Positions 35,805 to 47,705 of a stretch of 62,998 bases of DNA are shown here, one piece after another (position 1 is the first letter of the stretch; every line of letters starts with the position of its first letter). The DNA is from Octopus bimaculoides (Eukaryota). The stretch is taken from positions 38,390,690 to 38,453,687 of the forward strand of contig NC_068995.1 of NCBI RefSeq assembly GCF_001194135.2, read 5' to 3'. A program made the translations under genes and the position numbers. Under the pieces are notes generated by a model, which saw only the letters and a program-made list of their open reading frames with translations, had not been told where the DNA came from and made no database searches.

Positions 35805-36610
35805 CCGTAAATCCTCGAGTATAATCCGCATTTATTTTTCCCCAAATTTAAAGGTCTAAATCACTAGTGCGTATTATATACGAGGTTAAAAAAGAAAAAT
35901 ATTTTCTAAGCAATGTCCGAGTCTCTATTTGCTGTCGAGCAATGTTTATTCAGACGCATTTAGTGATGTCGGGCGCGAAAATACCATAAGCTAAGCTTGA
36001 AATCAATGAAGTCATAAAAGAATCATCCATAACTTGCAGTAAGCAACATTAATTAAAATAAAAAGTGTTGTATATCGTCTGCACTGGATGGTATTCAGGA
36101 TGACATTGTATAGAAAGATGAAATAAATGAAAGTGAATCTTCTGATGCTGCCTATGAATCTGACGATGATGTAGATTTAAACTACAATGATGCTGACATA
36201 TTTACGGAGGAACAAATGGAACAGTTATTTGATGCTGAAAGTGACGTTGAATTTGAAAGAGTTGAATAAATGTTTTTGCTTTTGCTTTTGTAACTGATAG
36301 TGATAAATATGTGAAAAGCAATTTACTTAATATCTATTTTTCACTGACGTTATTACTGTTATTTCTTCATTTTCTGCTAAAAAAAAGTGCACCAAAAAGC
36401 TACACGTTTGCATTGTGTTATATATACAATAATAATAAAGGACGTTACCGTATATATGTGTACAAACTTAGGAGGTTATATCGACCTCCTTCACTCAAGT
36501 TAGAGAAGGGGTGCGTATTATACACAAGGTATAAGTTTTTCAGAGGTACAGCCCCCTAAAAATCCCCTGCTTATTATACTCAAGGGCGGACTATACTCGA
36601 GGATTTACGG
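35805..36610 (+). mobile_element. Non-autonomous Tc2/pogo-type DNA transposon, 806 bp
   Basis: 25-bp TIR CCGTAAATCCTCGAGTATA(A/G)TCCGC with 1 mismatch; TA TSD; subterminal repeat GTGCGTATTATA; internal KKCCISSALDGIQDD plus an acidic tail (pogo-type C-terminus). Confidence 0.92.
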
Positions 36611-37322
36611 TATACAATATATTCTGATTGAGATATATCTTCAGTATCACTAGCTAAAGTAGCAAAATCGGTAGCTAAAGTGACATTACGTTGCTATAGA
36701 AATGTTGTAATATCAAAATAGACAATTCGCATAATGTCTATTGCCATGGCACGTTGGAAAGATGTTTAAAGAATTCTTATGGCGAATATGTCAGCTTTCA
36801 AAGAGATAAAATTGTTATAACAACTTCATCTAGTCACTTCGGTTATTTAATGCGCTAATTAAGTGTGGCTTTAGATTACACATGCATAATGTATGCTACT
36901 TTCAAAGGCTTTCATGATGCAAGCAATCGCTGTAGTAATAAACTATATTCAAATATGAAAACGGCAACAGAATTTCCGGAATATAGTATCATAAATTATG
37001 TTAGATTCCATGGAAATGTTTATCACCGTAAATGCAGTAAAAGTGGGCATCGTATGACATTATTGCAAGCTAGTTTCCCTTTTGTAGTCTTTCGATGTTA
37101 TTCACAAGCTCTAAATTTATAAGGATATTGTACGCCTGATGTACTGACAACAAATATTGACGTCCGTTATTGTCAAATCATATTTATCATCGTTTTCATT
37201 ACAACGGATTTCAAGAGTGTAACAATCACCATTCCAATGGCGGTAAAAAATATACTTATGCACATATAAAAAAATACCAAATATATAGAAGGACCTTTCC
37301 GTAAAAAAAATATATAACAGCA

Positions 37323-37629
37323 TTAAAATGAATTACAAATATACAAATCGACTAAAAATTTTACCCCTCGATTAAAAATATATCAAAATAGTCAGTTCTT
37401 AAAAATGAAGCAATCCATGGTAGCTCTGATATGTAAGAGCGGCAATGAACTCCCAAAATGGCCATAGAAGTGGATTTTGACCTACCCATTTTGGAAATAT
37501 CTTACACATCTTAGATAACGGACCTAACGTGGATTGCTTCATTTTGAAGAATTTGACTATTTTGATATATTTTTAATCGAGGGGTAATTTTATTTTAGTC
37601 GATTGATATGTTTTGGTAATTCATCTTAA
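37323..37629. mobile_element. Foldback MITE with ~95-bp inverted arms bounded by TTAA
   Basis: Arms 37323-37417 and 37530-37629, with further inner inverted segments (GATATGTAAGA/TCTTACACATC; CCAAAATGG/CCATTTTGG). Confidence 0.8.
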
Positions 37630-37689
37630 TCCATTATTTTAGTCGATTTTATATACTTTTTTTTCCTAAAATCTTTCTATACTTTTTTT

Positions 37690-37772
37690 AAAATTCTTTT
37701 ACTTGTTTCTGTCATTTGACTGCGGCCATGCTGGAGCATCGCCTTTTTAGTGGAGCAAATCGACTCCAGGAC

Positions 37773-37831
<59 letters not shown>

Positions 37832-37878
37832 CATATATAGGACGGGCTTCTTTCAGTTTCCGTCTACCAAATGCACTC

Positions 37879-37880
<2 letters not shown>
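37690..37880 (-). mobile_element. Fragment of the CORE-like SINE family seen in full at 49728-50188
   Basis: TTTCTGTCATTTGACTGCGGCCATGCTGGAGCA...CAAATCGAC and GGGCTTCTTTCAGTTTCCGTCTACCAAAT. A further tail fragment lies at 29724-29760. Confidence 0.85.
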
Positions 37881-37909
<29 letters not shown>

Positions 37910-38056
37910 GTATCTATCTATCTATCTACCTATCTATATACTTATTGCCTGTCTGTCTGTCTGTCTGCCTCCCTCTCTCTATATATTTATATACATACAT
38001 ACACACATACATACACACATATATACACACATACATACATACATACATACATGAAT

Positions 38057-38094
<38 letters not shown>

Positions 38095-41000
38095 TCACTC
38101 ACACACATACATTCTAGTGTTTTGTTCTGTTATCGGTAAAATTAATAATGCATGCCATCTAGTGAGAGATATACGTCATTCAATATATGTAGGATTTAAA
38201 TGCGTGCTTCTACTACAGTTATTTTAACGTTATGGTCGAAAAAATCTTGCTATGCTGAGTTTCAATGATTTCCTGGATCTACCCAGCAAAATATACAACC
38301 TACTTCAATTGTATTATGAATGCTATGAAATAAATAATAGCTCACATTTAAACCTTATAATTACACCCACACCCACACACAAACACACGCATATATATGT
38401 ATATATATATATATATCAAATATAATATATGATATATACTTCAAAAGATTTACTATGATTACGAACATTAAAAATCGTTATATCTTATGCGCGTATGTGT
38501 ATGTATGTGCATGTGTACACGGACCGTCACATAATATGTGGGATCCCTACTGATTGACTTCATATTCAGATAAGTGTAGTTAGAGCATTTTGTGTAGGTG
38601 CCCAACCGTTTCCACTAAAATCATTATTAGGCCGACCATCCAAACGTTATAACAAAGAAACGAAACAGCTGAAAAATTTGGATGCAGGAGTCAGTTTCCA
38701 GTCAGTCACTACATTTTATTGCAGTAATATATCTATTATAATTATTCATCTGTATCCCATCAAACCTCATTTAACTTTCTAATTGATTTACACCCCCTAG
38801 CGTATTTTTGCCATTTGCCTGTCAAAAGCAATAAGTAATATGTTCAATATTTAAAATTATCGCATATCTTGTAGTATCAGTAGAGTAAACGATGAAACTC
38901 ATTTGTTGACCAGTCTTCTAATGAGATTGTGAGGTACTTCTGTCACTTACTCATTCGTTTACAACTATTACTCTTAAATTTGATGAGAATTTTAATGATA
39001 TTCATCCAAATTATATTTACATATCTAACCTCTCTTTTCCCCGATTCACAAGCATTTCAAGCAATATGCTTTGATACAGTGTAATGCTGGAACTGATAAG
39101 GTAAACATCTCTCTTTTCTGCTGTCATGATAAGGGACTGTATTATGCAGAGAGGTGATATCTTATTATTTTCATTGTTAGCAGTAAGTCAGTCGCACAAA
39201 TATAAACATATAGGCACAGCACCGTGCAAACACTTACAAGCATATTCACGTACACATTATTCCCATAAGATTCTTTGTTCAGTTTGCTTGATTTAGCTTG
39301 ATTTTGTTTATATGCTTTTGCAACTGGCTAAGTGCTTAGAATAGAAACAGATGCATATTGCTTCTGTGATTAATACTTGTATATTGCATTTGTGATTTTC
39401 TGGACATCACTGTATAATATTTAGACCTGAACTTCCCCTGTTATTTCTAGCAATCTCCTGATAGTTAGAAATGCTAGAAAATCGGAGAAAACAGTATTTG
39501 GGCCTTGAAATATAATTTGAATACCTAAGCACCTTAATTCTCGTGAAATGAGAATAATATTAAGCCGCTAAATCAACTTTGAAAGATTTTGCCAGGAGTG
39601 TGGCTCAAAGGAAGCAATAGTACTTAAAATAGAAAAACAACAGGGAAAGATATAACAAGATATAAACAGAAATGTTCTGATCTCGATATAACGTAAATGC
39701 TATCATAAAAGTATGTAACTGCAATATTCTACAAAATTAAATATCACAGCAACGAAGCAAAATATCAAGACAACCAGCTTTATTTCAACAAAACCATCAA
39801 ACGCTATAGTCTTTTGGGATATGTTATCTCTTGCTGGGTCACTATACAAATATTTGCCGTGCAATTCAGGTGTACCATAAAGTTTCTTCTAAAACACAGA
39901 TTGGTTTATTATTGCTTCTTACGTGTGTGTGTGTGTGCGAGTGCGTGCGCGTGCGTGCGTGTGTGTGTGTGTGCGAGTGCGTGTGTGTGTATGTGTGTAT
40001 ACACACATACATGCGTTGACATACATACATATTAATAACGATTCTCAATTAAATTCATGCTTCTGCAAACTATACAGTCTCTCTTGCCTTGATTCTAATA
40101 TGGATAACGTGTTGTTTATATTCAGTGCTTGATACAAGTTTTATAGAAAACGCACCATTGCCTATATGACTTGAATTTTCGGTATAAGTAGCATAGGTTG
40201 CATAAGTTGAAAATTACTATTGGATATTTGAATATCTTATCCAAATTTCAACTTTTGATATTTAAATATTTTCTCTCACCTTATAAAATTATATTTGTGG
40301 CTTCACATTCTAGAGAGTCGAAGAAATTTGTCTTTCATCGAATCAACAAAAGCGTTTATTAGCTATAATGTAGCATCAGGTGCATATTCAATACAGCTTC
40401 TTTTAATATTCTCGGACAAGAGAAATATTTATCCAGTCGATGCCCAGTTCTAAGATTCTATCCTAGCCACTAAATATCTCTGCAATAGAAAAATATGGAA
40501 ATGAATAATTAAACGAAAGATGAAAATAACAGTTTCTGCATTAATGACAAATATTTTTCTTTCAGGCGGAGAATTGTTTCCAATATTTCCAGGATAATTT
40601 AGTTTGGTAATGTTTGGTTTATCAAAAATTGTTTTTCATTCCTGTATCGTATGGGCACATAGATAACAACACAAAACTTAATCCATAACAAGAATGCAAA
40701 AAAAAAAAAAAAAATTACCTTTCTAATAATATACGTAAGTTATGATTTCACAAATATATGTTTATATTAGGTGGTGAAATTACACTTAAAGTCTAAGCAA
40801 AACACGATTGGCGTCATTGCTTCAAAGCGTTTTACACACGATGTTTATTTAATTTTCCCCTATATATTTTATGGAAATTTTCGAAGAAAGTATCGATGCG
40901 TGTGCTGTTGGAATATAATGTGGAGACCTCTCGTGTTTCTTCGTATAAGAAAGCGTATGCTGTCTATAAATCTAAAGTACATGCTTAGTATTTGTATTAG

Positions 41001-42803
41001 AACTTGAATTACCGCTACTAGTTTAATACTATACTTTCGGTTCTCTTACTTTTATTTATTGTTTTAATGAAGGTAGATATTTTATCAACAGTGTCACATT
41101 GCCTGCGACGCACATCATGTATAATCTGATACCTAATTCATGCATATGCTATTCGGGATATGGACATTAAATATTTATTTTCTTAATATACATTGAATCC
41201 TTGTACAAACATAACATATAGAAATCAAGATTAAGTAGAAACATGCATCAGATTCATAAAAACATTAATTTGCCTCAGCACAGCTGTTGAAGAAGAAGCC
41301 ATATACCATAGTGAAAATGTGCTATTGAATAACGTTTAAAAATGCTGAAATATTCCCCCCCCCGTAAATTCTCTACCATCATATGTCTTTCGATAATGTC
41401 CTGGGAGATGTACAACATCTACTGGGTTTATATATTTTAATGATCATGCAAACACACATACGCATATGCTCACACACACAAACATGCACACATTAATGCT
41501 AATCCATGATCGGAAACTCTGCATGATTATATATATATATATATATATNNNNNNNNNNNNNNNNNNNNNNNNNNNNNNNNNNNNNNNNNNNNNNNNNNNN
41601 NNNNNNNNNNNNNNNNNNNNATATATGTATCTATGTATGTATGTATGTATATATATGTATATATTGCAACCGAATAATAATCACATATATTACAAATAAA
41701 TTCCTTCATCGTCCTGCCAGCCCACGTAAATCCAGTCTTGCTTTGCTCTCCTTACTAACTCACCATGACATTCTTTTTTTCTACCGAGATCCATCGCCCA
41801 AACTCCACTTCGAATCCACTTCTTCCTCTTGTTTTATGTCTTCGTTTCTCTCTTCGCGTCGTTCTTTGATCGGGTGAAACCGGGCTTAGCTGCTAGTTAT
41901 CTACTAAAATCTAAGATTAGAAGACTGTGTATATTTAGAATAGAGAACAAGTGTGAGTTGACAGGTCATGGCTAGATATTGGTGATAAATATTGACATAG
42001 GTATCCCTAAGAGGAAAGAAACAAAACTTTAGAATAAGTCAATTAGATAGAAATTTCAATTGCTGCAATACTTTCAAAAGTAAGTAGTTTCATCTCCCTA
42101 ATGAAATGCAAGAAGACATAGCGTGTTAGCATTGCCGAATGCTCAAGTCACAGTTAATTTACAGATATAATTGCTTCTCAACAAAACAGGGGTGACATGA
42201 TTACTTATATATTCGTCGTGAAAGAGTTGTGAAATATGGTAATTTGACACATTTACCGTCTTTTCCAGTTCAAAGTATTTTATAACAAGTTTGGTCCTTA
42301 CAAAACTTGTACTCTGGTAATCATTTTAGCTCTATGATACAAACTGAAGAATGTAATCTTTACATTGCATACAATTTGTCCGATTTAACACCTAGCAAAA
42401 CATTATCTAATTTAGTGCAAACTGAATCCATAGTTTTCCACTCACGTAATGAATCGTATTAGTAGGAAAAATTAAGTTCAAACGAAAGTTATTCCTACAC
42501 TATTGATAAGGAGATGTATTCCATTACATACAACGTGTGATATTTAATTTCGAACCTTTTGTGATGAGAGAAATACAGGCGAAACATTATCATTCACCGC
42601 ACTATTCTGTTGTAAATGTGTTTATTACCGATAAAGGGACAGCACTAGTTTTTGAAAGAAGATTGATATATTGTGAATAGCGTTTTCAATCTCTTTGAAA
42701 TAGTGGCTAGTTGGATGAATTAGTCTTTTCACTTCTTAATGAGATAGCATGTGTTTCAATGTTTATGTGCGCGATATATATTTCAGTGAATATCTAATAG
42801 TAC

Positions 42804-42876
42804 AGGGACTAAATAAGTAAAAAAACTACCAAAAATGTTGCTTATTTTTGGTAGTTTTTTTACTTATTTAGTCCCT
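42804..42876. repeat. Perfect 33-bp inverted repeat with a 7-nt loop
   Basis: AGGGACTAAATAAGTAAAAAAACTACCAAAAAT-GTTGCTT-ATTTTTGGTAGTTTTTTTACTTATTTAGTCCCT; zero mismatches. Confidence 0.97.
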
Positions 42877-43789
42877 CGATAGCGTGAGGCATTAATACCC
42901 AGTTAATGCCCTTTATATATAATTAAATATATCTATGAAGAAACGATGATTTTTTTCATTACGAAATTTTTCGTTATTTTTTCATTATGAGGTTTTTTCA
43001 TGCTGACTACTTGATTAATTCTTATACAGAATTTATACTATATTATATTATATATNNNNNNNNNNNNNNNNNNNNNNNNNNNNNNNNNNNNNNNNNNNNN
43101 NNNNNNNNNNNNNNNNNNNNNNNNNNNNNNNNNNNNNNNNNNNNNNNNNNNNNNNNNNNNNNNNNNNNNNNNNNNNNNNNNNNNNNNNNNNNNNNNNNNN
43201 NNNNNNNNNNNNNNNNNNNNNNNNNNNNNNNNNNNNNNNNNNNNNNNNNNNNNNNNNNNNNNNNNNNNNNNNNNNNNNNNNNNNNNNNNNNNNNNNNNNN
43301 NNNNNNNNNNNNNNNNNNNNNNNNNNNNNNNNNNNNNNNNNNNNNNNNNNNNNNNNNNNNNNNNNNNNNNNNNNNNNNNNNNNNNNNNNNNNNNNNNNNN
43401 NNNNNNNNNNNNNNNNNNNNNNNNNNNNNNNNNNNNNNNNNNNNNNNNNNNNNNNNNNNNNNNNNNNNNNNNNNNNNNNNNNNNNNNNNNNNNNNNNNNG
43501 CATAAATAGTTTGAGATTTGTTTCAGTATAAAAAAAGTAACATCAAAATATGTCAGACCTCAAGGTGGGCAGTAAGGCAGGTGTTTATATTCAATTAACA
43601 TATTTATTATTTTAATTTTAAAATAAAAGTATACTTTTCTTAGGCTTAAATTATAGAAAAATGCATGAGCAATTCAGAATCATTAGTCGCCTCGAACAAA
43701 AATTAGGAGAAAATGTGTTATGAGGTAAAATGTCATAAAATAGAAAATAAGTAAGTGAGGAAGAAGTAAAATGCATGCTTACATTCTGA

Positions 43790-43870
43790 GGCGGCGAGCA
43801 GGGAGAAACGTTAGCGCGCCGGGCGAAATATTCTGCCGAGGTCGAATATATCTTTTATCCATTTCGGATC
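43790..43870 (+). mobile_element. Internally deleted tRNA-type SINE head
   Basis: AGGCGGCGAGCAGGGAGAAACGTTAGCGCGCCGGGCGAAAT...GCCGAGGTCGA. Confidence 0.75.
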
Positions 43871-43969
43871 TATTCAATTTGACGTACAGATTATTTAATT
43901 ACCTTTTGTTTTTAACTAAACATTTTCGAACTCCATTAGCGGGCCAATGATGAATATTTTGTCCTTACT

Positions 43970-44600
43970 ACCCACTTGGACCTCAATCGAAACAGTACTT
44001 CAGCCTGAATTTCATCCCGCTCTTAAGTCTGTATAGTAGAACTGTCAGCAATAGTTTGTTGGAGTGGTTAATTAGGTAAATTGTTCCGTAATCTAGAGAG
44101 TATTGAGATGTTTTTTTTTTCTTGAGAATCGGTATCACCAGCGATTGGGCACATTCCTTTGGCCACTATTTCGTCCCGTATATCTTCTGAGCAGCTAAAA
44201 CTTAGTGACTTGATAATTTTTGGCGATTCCTGATTCATACCCGCTGATAGGATCATATACACCTCAGGGTGTTCACCATCTTTGAGCATGAGCACTGCTC
44301 CTTCGAGTTCCTCCTAAAGAGTTCGAGTATCTACAGGTCTCTGTAAGTGTTTATATAATTGTCTAGGATGTCGCTGTAAAGTTTGGGTGATGTATTGCAG
44401 ACCATCATTATCCGATGTGAGAAGCGGCCTGTTTTTTCTTCAAATATAGTGGCGGTAGGTTTTTTTTGTTAGGATATTGAGCGTTTCATAAGCAACGTTG
44501 GTGATGCTCTTCTTTATATCCGTTTCAATCAATTTGCACTGGCTACTTAACCAAAATCTTCCTTACATATCAAATATTGAGGTGCGTGGTCCTTTCGCTT
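43970..44600 (-). mobile_element. RTE-clade LINE reverse-transcriptase remnant
   Basis: TL*EELEGAVLMLKDGEHP... and DYGTIYLINHSNKLLLTVLLYRLK, matching the RTE NYRTISLISHxSKxxLxIxxNRL motif. Confidence 0.65.
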
Positions 44601-45149
44601 AGGCGTAGCAAGACCAATAATCTGGAATAGAACTCAATATACGTACGGTCTACTCAACGTGACAGTTGAGTGATAATAGAGAACAAGCTAAATTTTATGT
44701 AATAAACATCATTAGCTTACAGTTGTTTCTGCTATAAAGAAGTGATGAAGGGATGGACTCTTAGTTGAGTACCAGAATAACATCCTAAAGCTTCATGAAA
44801 GACTTGAATGTAAAGTGCACTTTATTTAATAAAATTATATTTTCAGTAAAAACCGGCGCTATTAGAGAGAAAGTTTAAGTTGATAATTAGGGAATGTTCT
44901 ATCCAAAAGTAGAAAAAAGTACGGAAATATGCGCATGCACTTAGACTGGAATTAAAAGGTAGATATATGTGTAGAAGCGTACACGCGTTGATATACATAC
45001 ATACATACATACATACATACATACATACATACATACATACATACATANNNNNNNNNNNNNNNNNNNNNNNNNNNNNNNNNNNNNNNNNNNNNNNNNNNNN
45101 NNNNNNNNNTATATATATATATATATATGGGAGAATTTACGAAAAAAAC

Positions 45150-45345
45150 AACACAAGAAGACAGGTGGTGTAAACAACAAATTGTTGTACTAGTTTAACG
45201 CTCGGGAATAGAGAAAGTCTTTGGCGTTTCGAGCCACGCTCTTCAAATGAAAGGAACACAGAAAGAAATAAGGAGAGAAACAAGGAGAAAAAACATAAAT
45301 GTAGTGGTCAACGATCTATCATGGCGAATGCCGGATATATATATA
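45150..45345 (-). mobile_element. Dispersed repeat, probably a Penelope-like terminal repeat; second copy at 61800-61930
   Basis: Shared GCTCGGGAA(T/A)A...AAAGTC...AAG(G/A)GA.AAA; minus-strand TTGAAGAGCGTGGCTCGAAAC. Confidence 0.5.
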
Positions 45346-45356
45346 TATCCATAAAC

Positions 45357-46200
45357 CACGGATGTTCCGTCCTGATTCCCCTGTCCGTATGTTTTATTGT
45401 CATCCGTTACGTTTTAGTTCCGTTTTGGGGATTTATATATACATATAGCGGCGTATACACATCTTTTGCTCAGCTTGTAAGTAAGTATATATCTAATTCT
45501 GTACGACTTTCGTCTTTCTTTCCTCTTCTGTTTTTTTCGCTCTCGCATTCTCACTTTCTTGGCATTCTCTTATTTTTCATTTTACTTTCTCTCGCTCCCC
45601 TCTCTCACATTACTTAGCATCTTCTTTCTTTAATCTCTCTACTTTCCGCTGTTATTTCCCTTGTATATTTTCCTTTGTCCCTTCCTCTCTCACTCTAATT
45701 CCTTCTCCAATTCTTCAATTCCTCTGCTCCCTACCTCTCCCTGTTCCTTCCACGAGCTCGGTGGTCGGCCAAGTATGATCTTCATTTTTTTGCATGACCG
45801 CCGCCTGCACAAGACCTTAATTTCCTCTCTTCTGTCTATGGCCGGAAGTCTTCTACTTCACACGCCATCTAAACTTAACTTTCCTTTTAGTCGAAAGACA
45901 CCTGTTGTTATTCCTGATTGTATTTATAATCGTGTAACATTTTCTCCGTTTTCTCGTATATTTATCCGAGTTGTCGTACATATTTGGTGGCATTGTTACA
46001 AAAATTTAATGCCCTTACGTTAGAGCTTTGGGGCCTAGCAATTTTGAACAATCTAAAGTGTAACAGGCTGAAACTGTAATGTTGACTGGAATCTTGACTG
46101 ATGAATAGAAAGTCACGAGTAGTCCGTCCTCGTTTTTCTGTCTGTATGTTTTTATTGTTGTTCGCTACGTTCCCGTTCTGATTTTTTTGAGGATTTATAT
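45357..46200 (+). repeat. Segment bounded by degenerate ~85-bp direct repeats (45357-45440 and 46114-46200), Penelope pLTR-like
   Basis: TCCGTCCT...TGT(C/C)GTATGTTTT.ATTGT...GCTACGTT/GTTACGTT...GGATTTATATATA occurs in both; CTGATGA at 46098 precedes the second. Confidence 0.5.
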
Positions 46201-46320
46201 ATATATATATACACATACATTTATATGCACATATATATATATATATACACATGTATATATAAATATATACATATATATGTATACATATGTATATATATGT
46301 ATGTACGTATGTATATGCAC

Positions 46321-46356
<36 letters not shown>

Positions 46357-46749
46357 NNNNNNNNNNNNNNNNNNNNNNNNNNNNNNNNNNNNNNNNNNNN
46401 NNNNNNNNNNNNNNNNNNNNNNNNNNNNNNNNNNNNNNNNNNNNNNNNNNNNNNNNNNNNNNNNNNNNNNNNNNNNNNNNNNNNNNNNNNNNNNNNNNNN
46501 NNNNNNNNNNNNNNNNNNNNNNNNNNNNNNNNNNNNNNNNNNNNNNNNNNNNNNNNNNNNNNNNNNNNNNNNNNNNNNNNNNNNNNNNNNNNNNNNNNNN
46601 NNNNNNNNNNNNNNNNNTATATATATAAATGTATGTATGTATGTATATATTATTTTATCTGGGAAGGGTCTTTGCCTCTGTATACAGTTTTTACCTCTCT
46701 ATTCCAGTTTTTGCCTGTGTATCTAGGGCAGGCATGACTGGTTTTATTA

Positions 46750-47300
46750 CATGTAACGCTAGCTAACTTCTTTCTAGCTCCTCTGTATACCCGAGCCCTA
46801 TATTTGTCGTCGTATCCAAAGAATTGCATATGTTGCGTGATGCTCTGTACAACTTTGTTTTATAGGGTTCGCACGTGGGGGGCGGGGCAAATGTTTCATT
46901 ATCCTAACTAAGTCTCCTATCAGTACGTTGATTTTAATGTTGTTCTACAAAACGGAGATCTTGTGAACAACATATTTAGAAGCTATGGGTTTTATGTAAT
47001 AGGAGTGGAGAAGCTGAACCCTTTTGTTCACAGACTCTAACCAAAGTTCAGCATCAAGTATTGTATTGTTAGGGTGCCAAGTGGGGGTAATCTGTAGTTA
47101 CCTTGATACTTTGGTGAATGGAGTTATTCACGTGCTGGTGGCTCTCTGTTAGGCTTCTCACGGTTTCTACGCTACAGTTACTAGAGCTCGTCCTAACCAG
47201 ATGCCTTTGATGGAATCATCCGACTAGATCTAGGATTTTTTGAGCAATGATGGGTTTATGAGTTTTAATTTCCGAATGTACATTAAATCAGGGCTTTTAA
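46750..47300 (-). mobile_element. Penelope-like element, RT C-terminal remnant
   Basis: ILDAELW, YIKPIASKYVVHKISVL, HMQFFGYDDKYRARVYRGARKKL; nucleotide match to ~55670-55730. Confidence 0.65.
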
Positions 47301-47705
47301 GTTAGTTTTAGCTGCAAACTTATCCTTTAAAGAGAATTCGGTGTCATACTCTTTGTATGTAATATGTACTAAAGTTGCGCCTCTTCTGATACTTTGTAAA
47401 CTTTCTATACATCATCTATAATCATCACACGTAATGAATTTATCGAAACAAATATTGTATGTAATGTAATTACCGATCGCAGGCGATCATTATTTCTTTA
47501 CAAATGTATTATATAGGGCAACTACAAGTTACAAGGTGTTGGTGGCCACTTGTATACTTGTCTGAAACTCTAACACCACCCGTTGACAGCTTCATTGTGT
47601 TGATGGTGTGCACTTATAGAGTTACTTGCGATTTAAAATTTGTTTAACATTTTGAGTGAGTGTTTTTGCTTTATAACACTTTGCGAAGTAATGGCAGACA
47701 GTACT

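Noticed and set aside
39075-39420. Possible Tc1 element (TACAGTG...CACTGTA ends)
   Set aside because: Only 7 bp of terminal match and no transposase motif.
39760-39890. Possible host exon on the minus strand after TGTGTTTTAG (KKLYGTPELHGKYLYSDPARD...)
   Set aside because: No recognisable domain, no convincing donor site, and no linked exons; cannot be supported without RNA data.
40330-40480. Strong-looking minus-strand splice acceptor (TTTTTCTATTGCAG)
   Set aside because: All three frames stop within about 10 codons.
44745-44815. Third hammerhead-like stretch (GTGATGA-AGGGATG...CATCCT-AAAG)
   Set aside because: It lacks both the C-U/C start and the GAAA box; too degenerate to call.
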